Assembly (NCBI RefSeq): GCF_001194135.2
Contig: NC_068985.1
Span: 22,412,745 to 22,476,744, forward strand
From: Octopus bimaculoides
Lineage: Eukaryota
Length of the DNA: 64,000 nt
Reading direction: 5' to 3'
This document shows positions 63,781 to 64,000 of the stretch, piece by piece. Position 1 is the stretch's first letter, and each line of letters opens with the position of its first letter. Under the pieces are notes generated by a model that was not told where the DNA came from, searched no databases, and saw only the letters and a program-made list of their open reading frames with translations. A program made the translations under genes and the position numbers.

Positions 63781-64000
63781 CAAAACTTCAGACGATGGGT
63801 CGTGTTAGATGCAGCAAAGGAGATTATATCCACTGACAGCTTTTCGGTGTGTTCAAAAATCACATGCCCCCAATTTTCCATGGCAGGTTAGGACCTGGTA
63901 TCCTCCAAAAGGATGCATCACTTGTTGCTCAGTCGAATTAGCCCACCATTTACACCTCAAATGATACATTGTCAATGCTGCACTTTACTGTATCATGTTT

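Overview
AT-rich (~35% GC by eye), repeat-dense eukaryotic genomic DNA with several N gaps. The repeat content (RTE LINE tails ending in (GAT)n, CORE-like tRNA SINEs, (TA)n/(CA)n tracts) suggests a coleoid cephalopod such as Octopus; this is an inference. The left 39 kb holds one minus-strand protein-coding gene, HGSNAT (lysosomal heparan-alpha-glucosaminide N-acetyltransferase). I traced 15 coding exons by hand from the ATG at 38797 to 1452. All junctions are GT-AG and phase-compatible (1487 nt, ~495 aa); the last ~100 aa must lie left of the window. A compact promoter-like motif cluster sits ~135-175 bp upstream of the ATG. The right 25 kb has no gene I can support. It is a mosaic of decayed elements (Gypsy, Tx1/L1-like, CRE-like, Helitron, mariner and piggyBac-type MITEs, SINEs, LTR-like repeats) plus local duplications. 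I found no convincing new multi-gene system. The best leads are a pseudoknot-like 3' UTR of a Hero-like retroelement carrying permuted hammerhead core motifs, a fold-back element with a central telomeric palindrome, lineage-specific changes in HGSNAT, and a near-identical core inside a diverged duplication.
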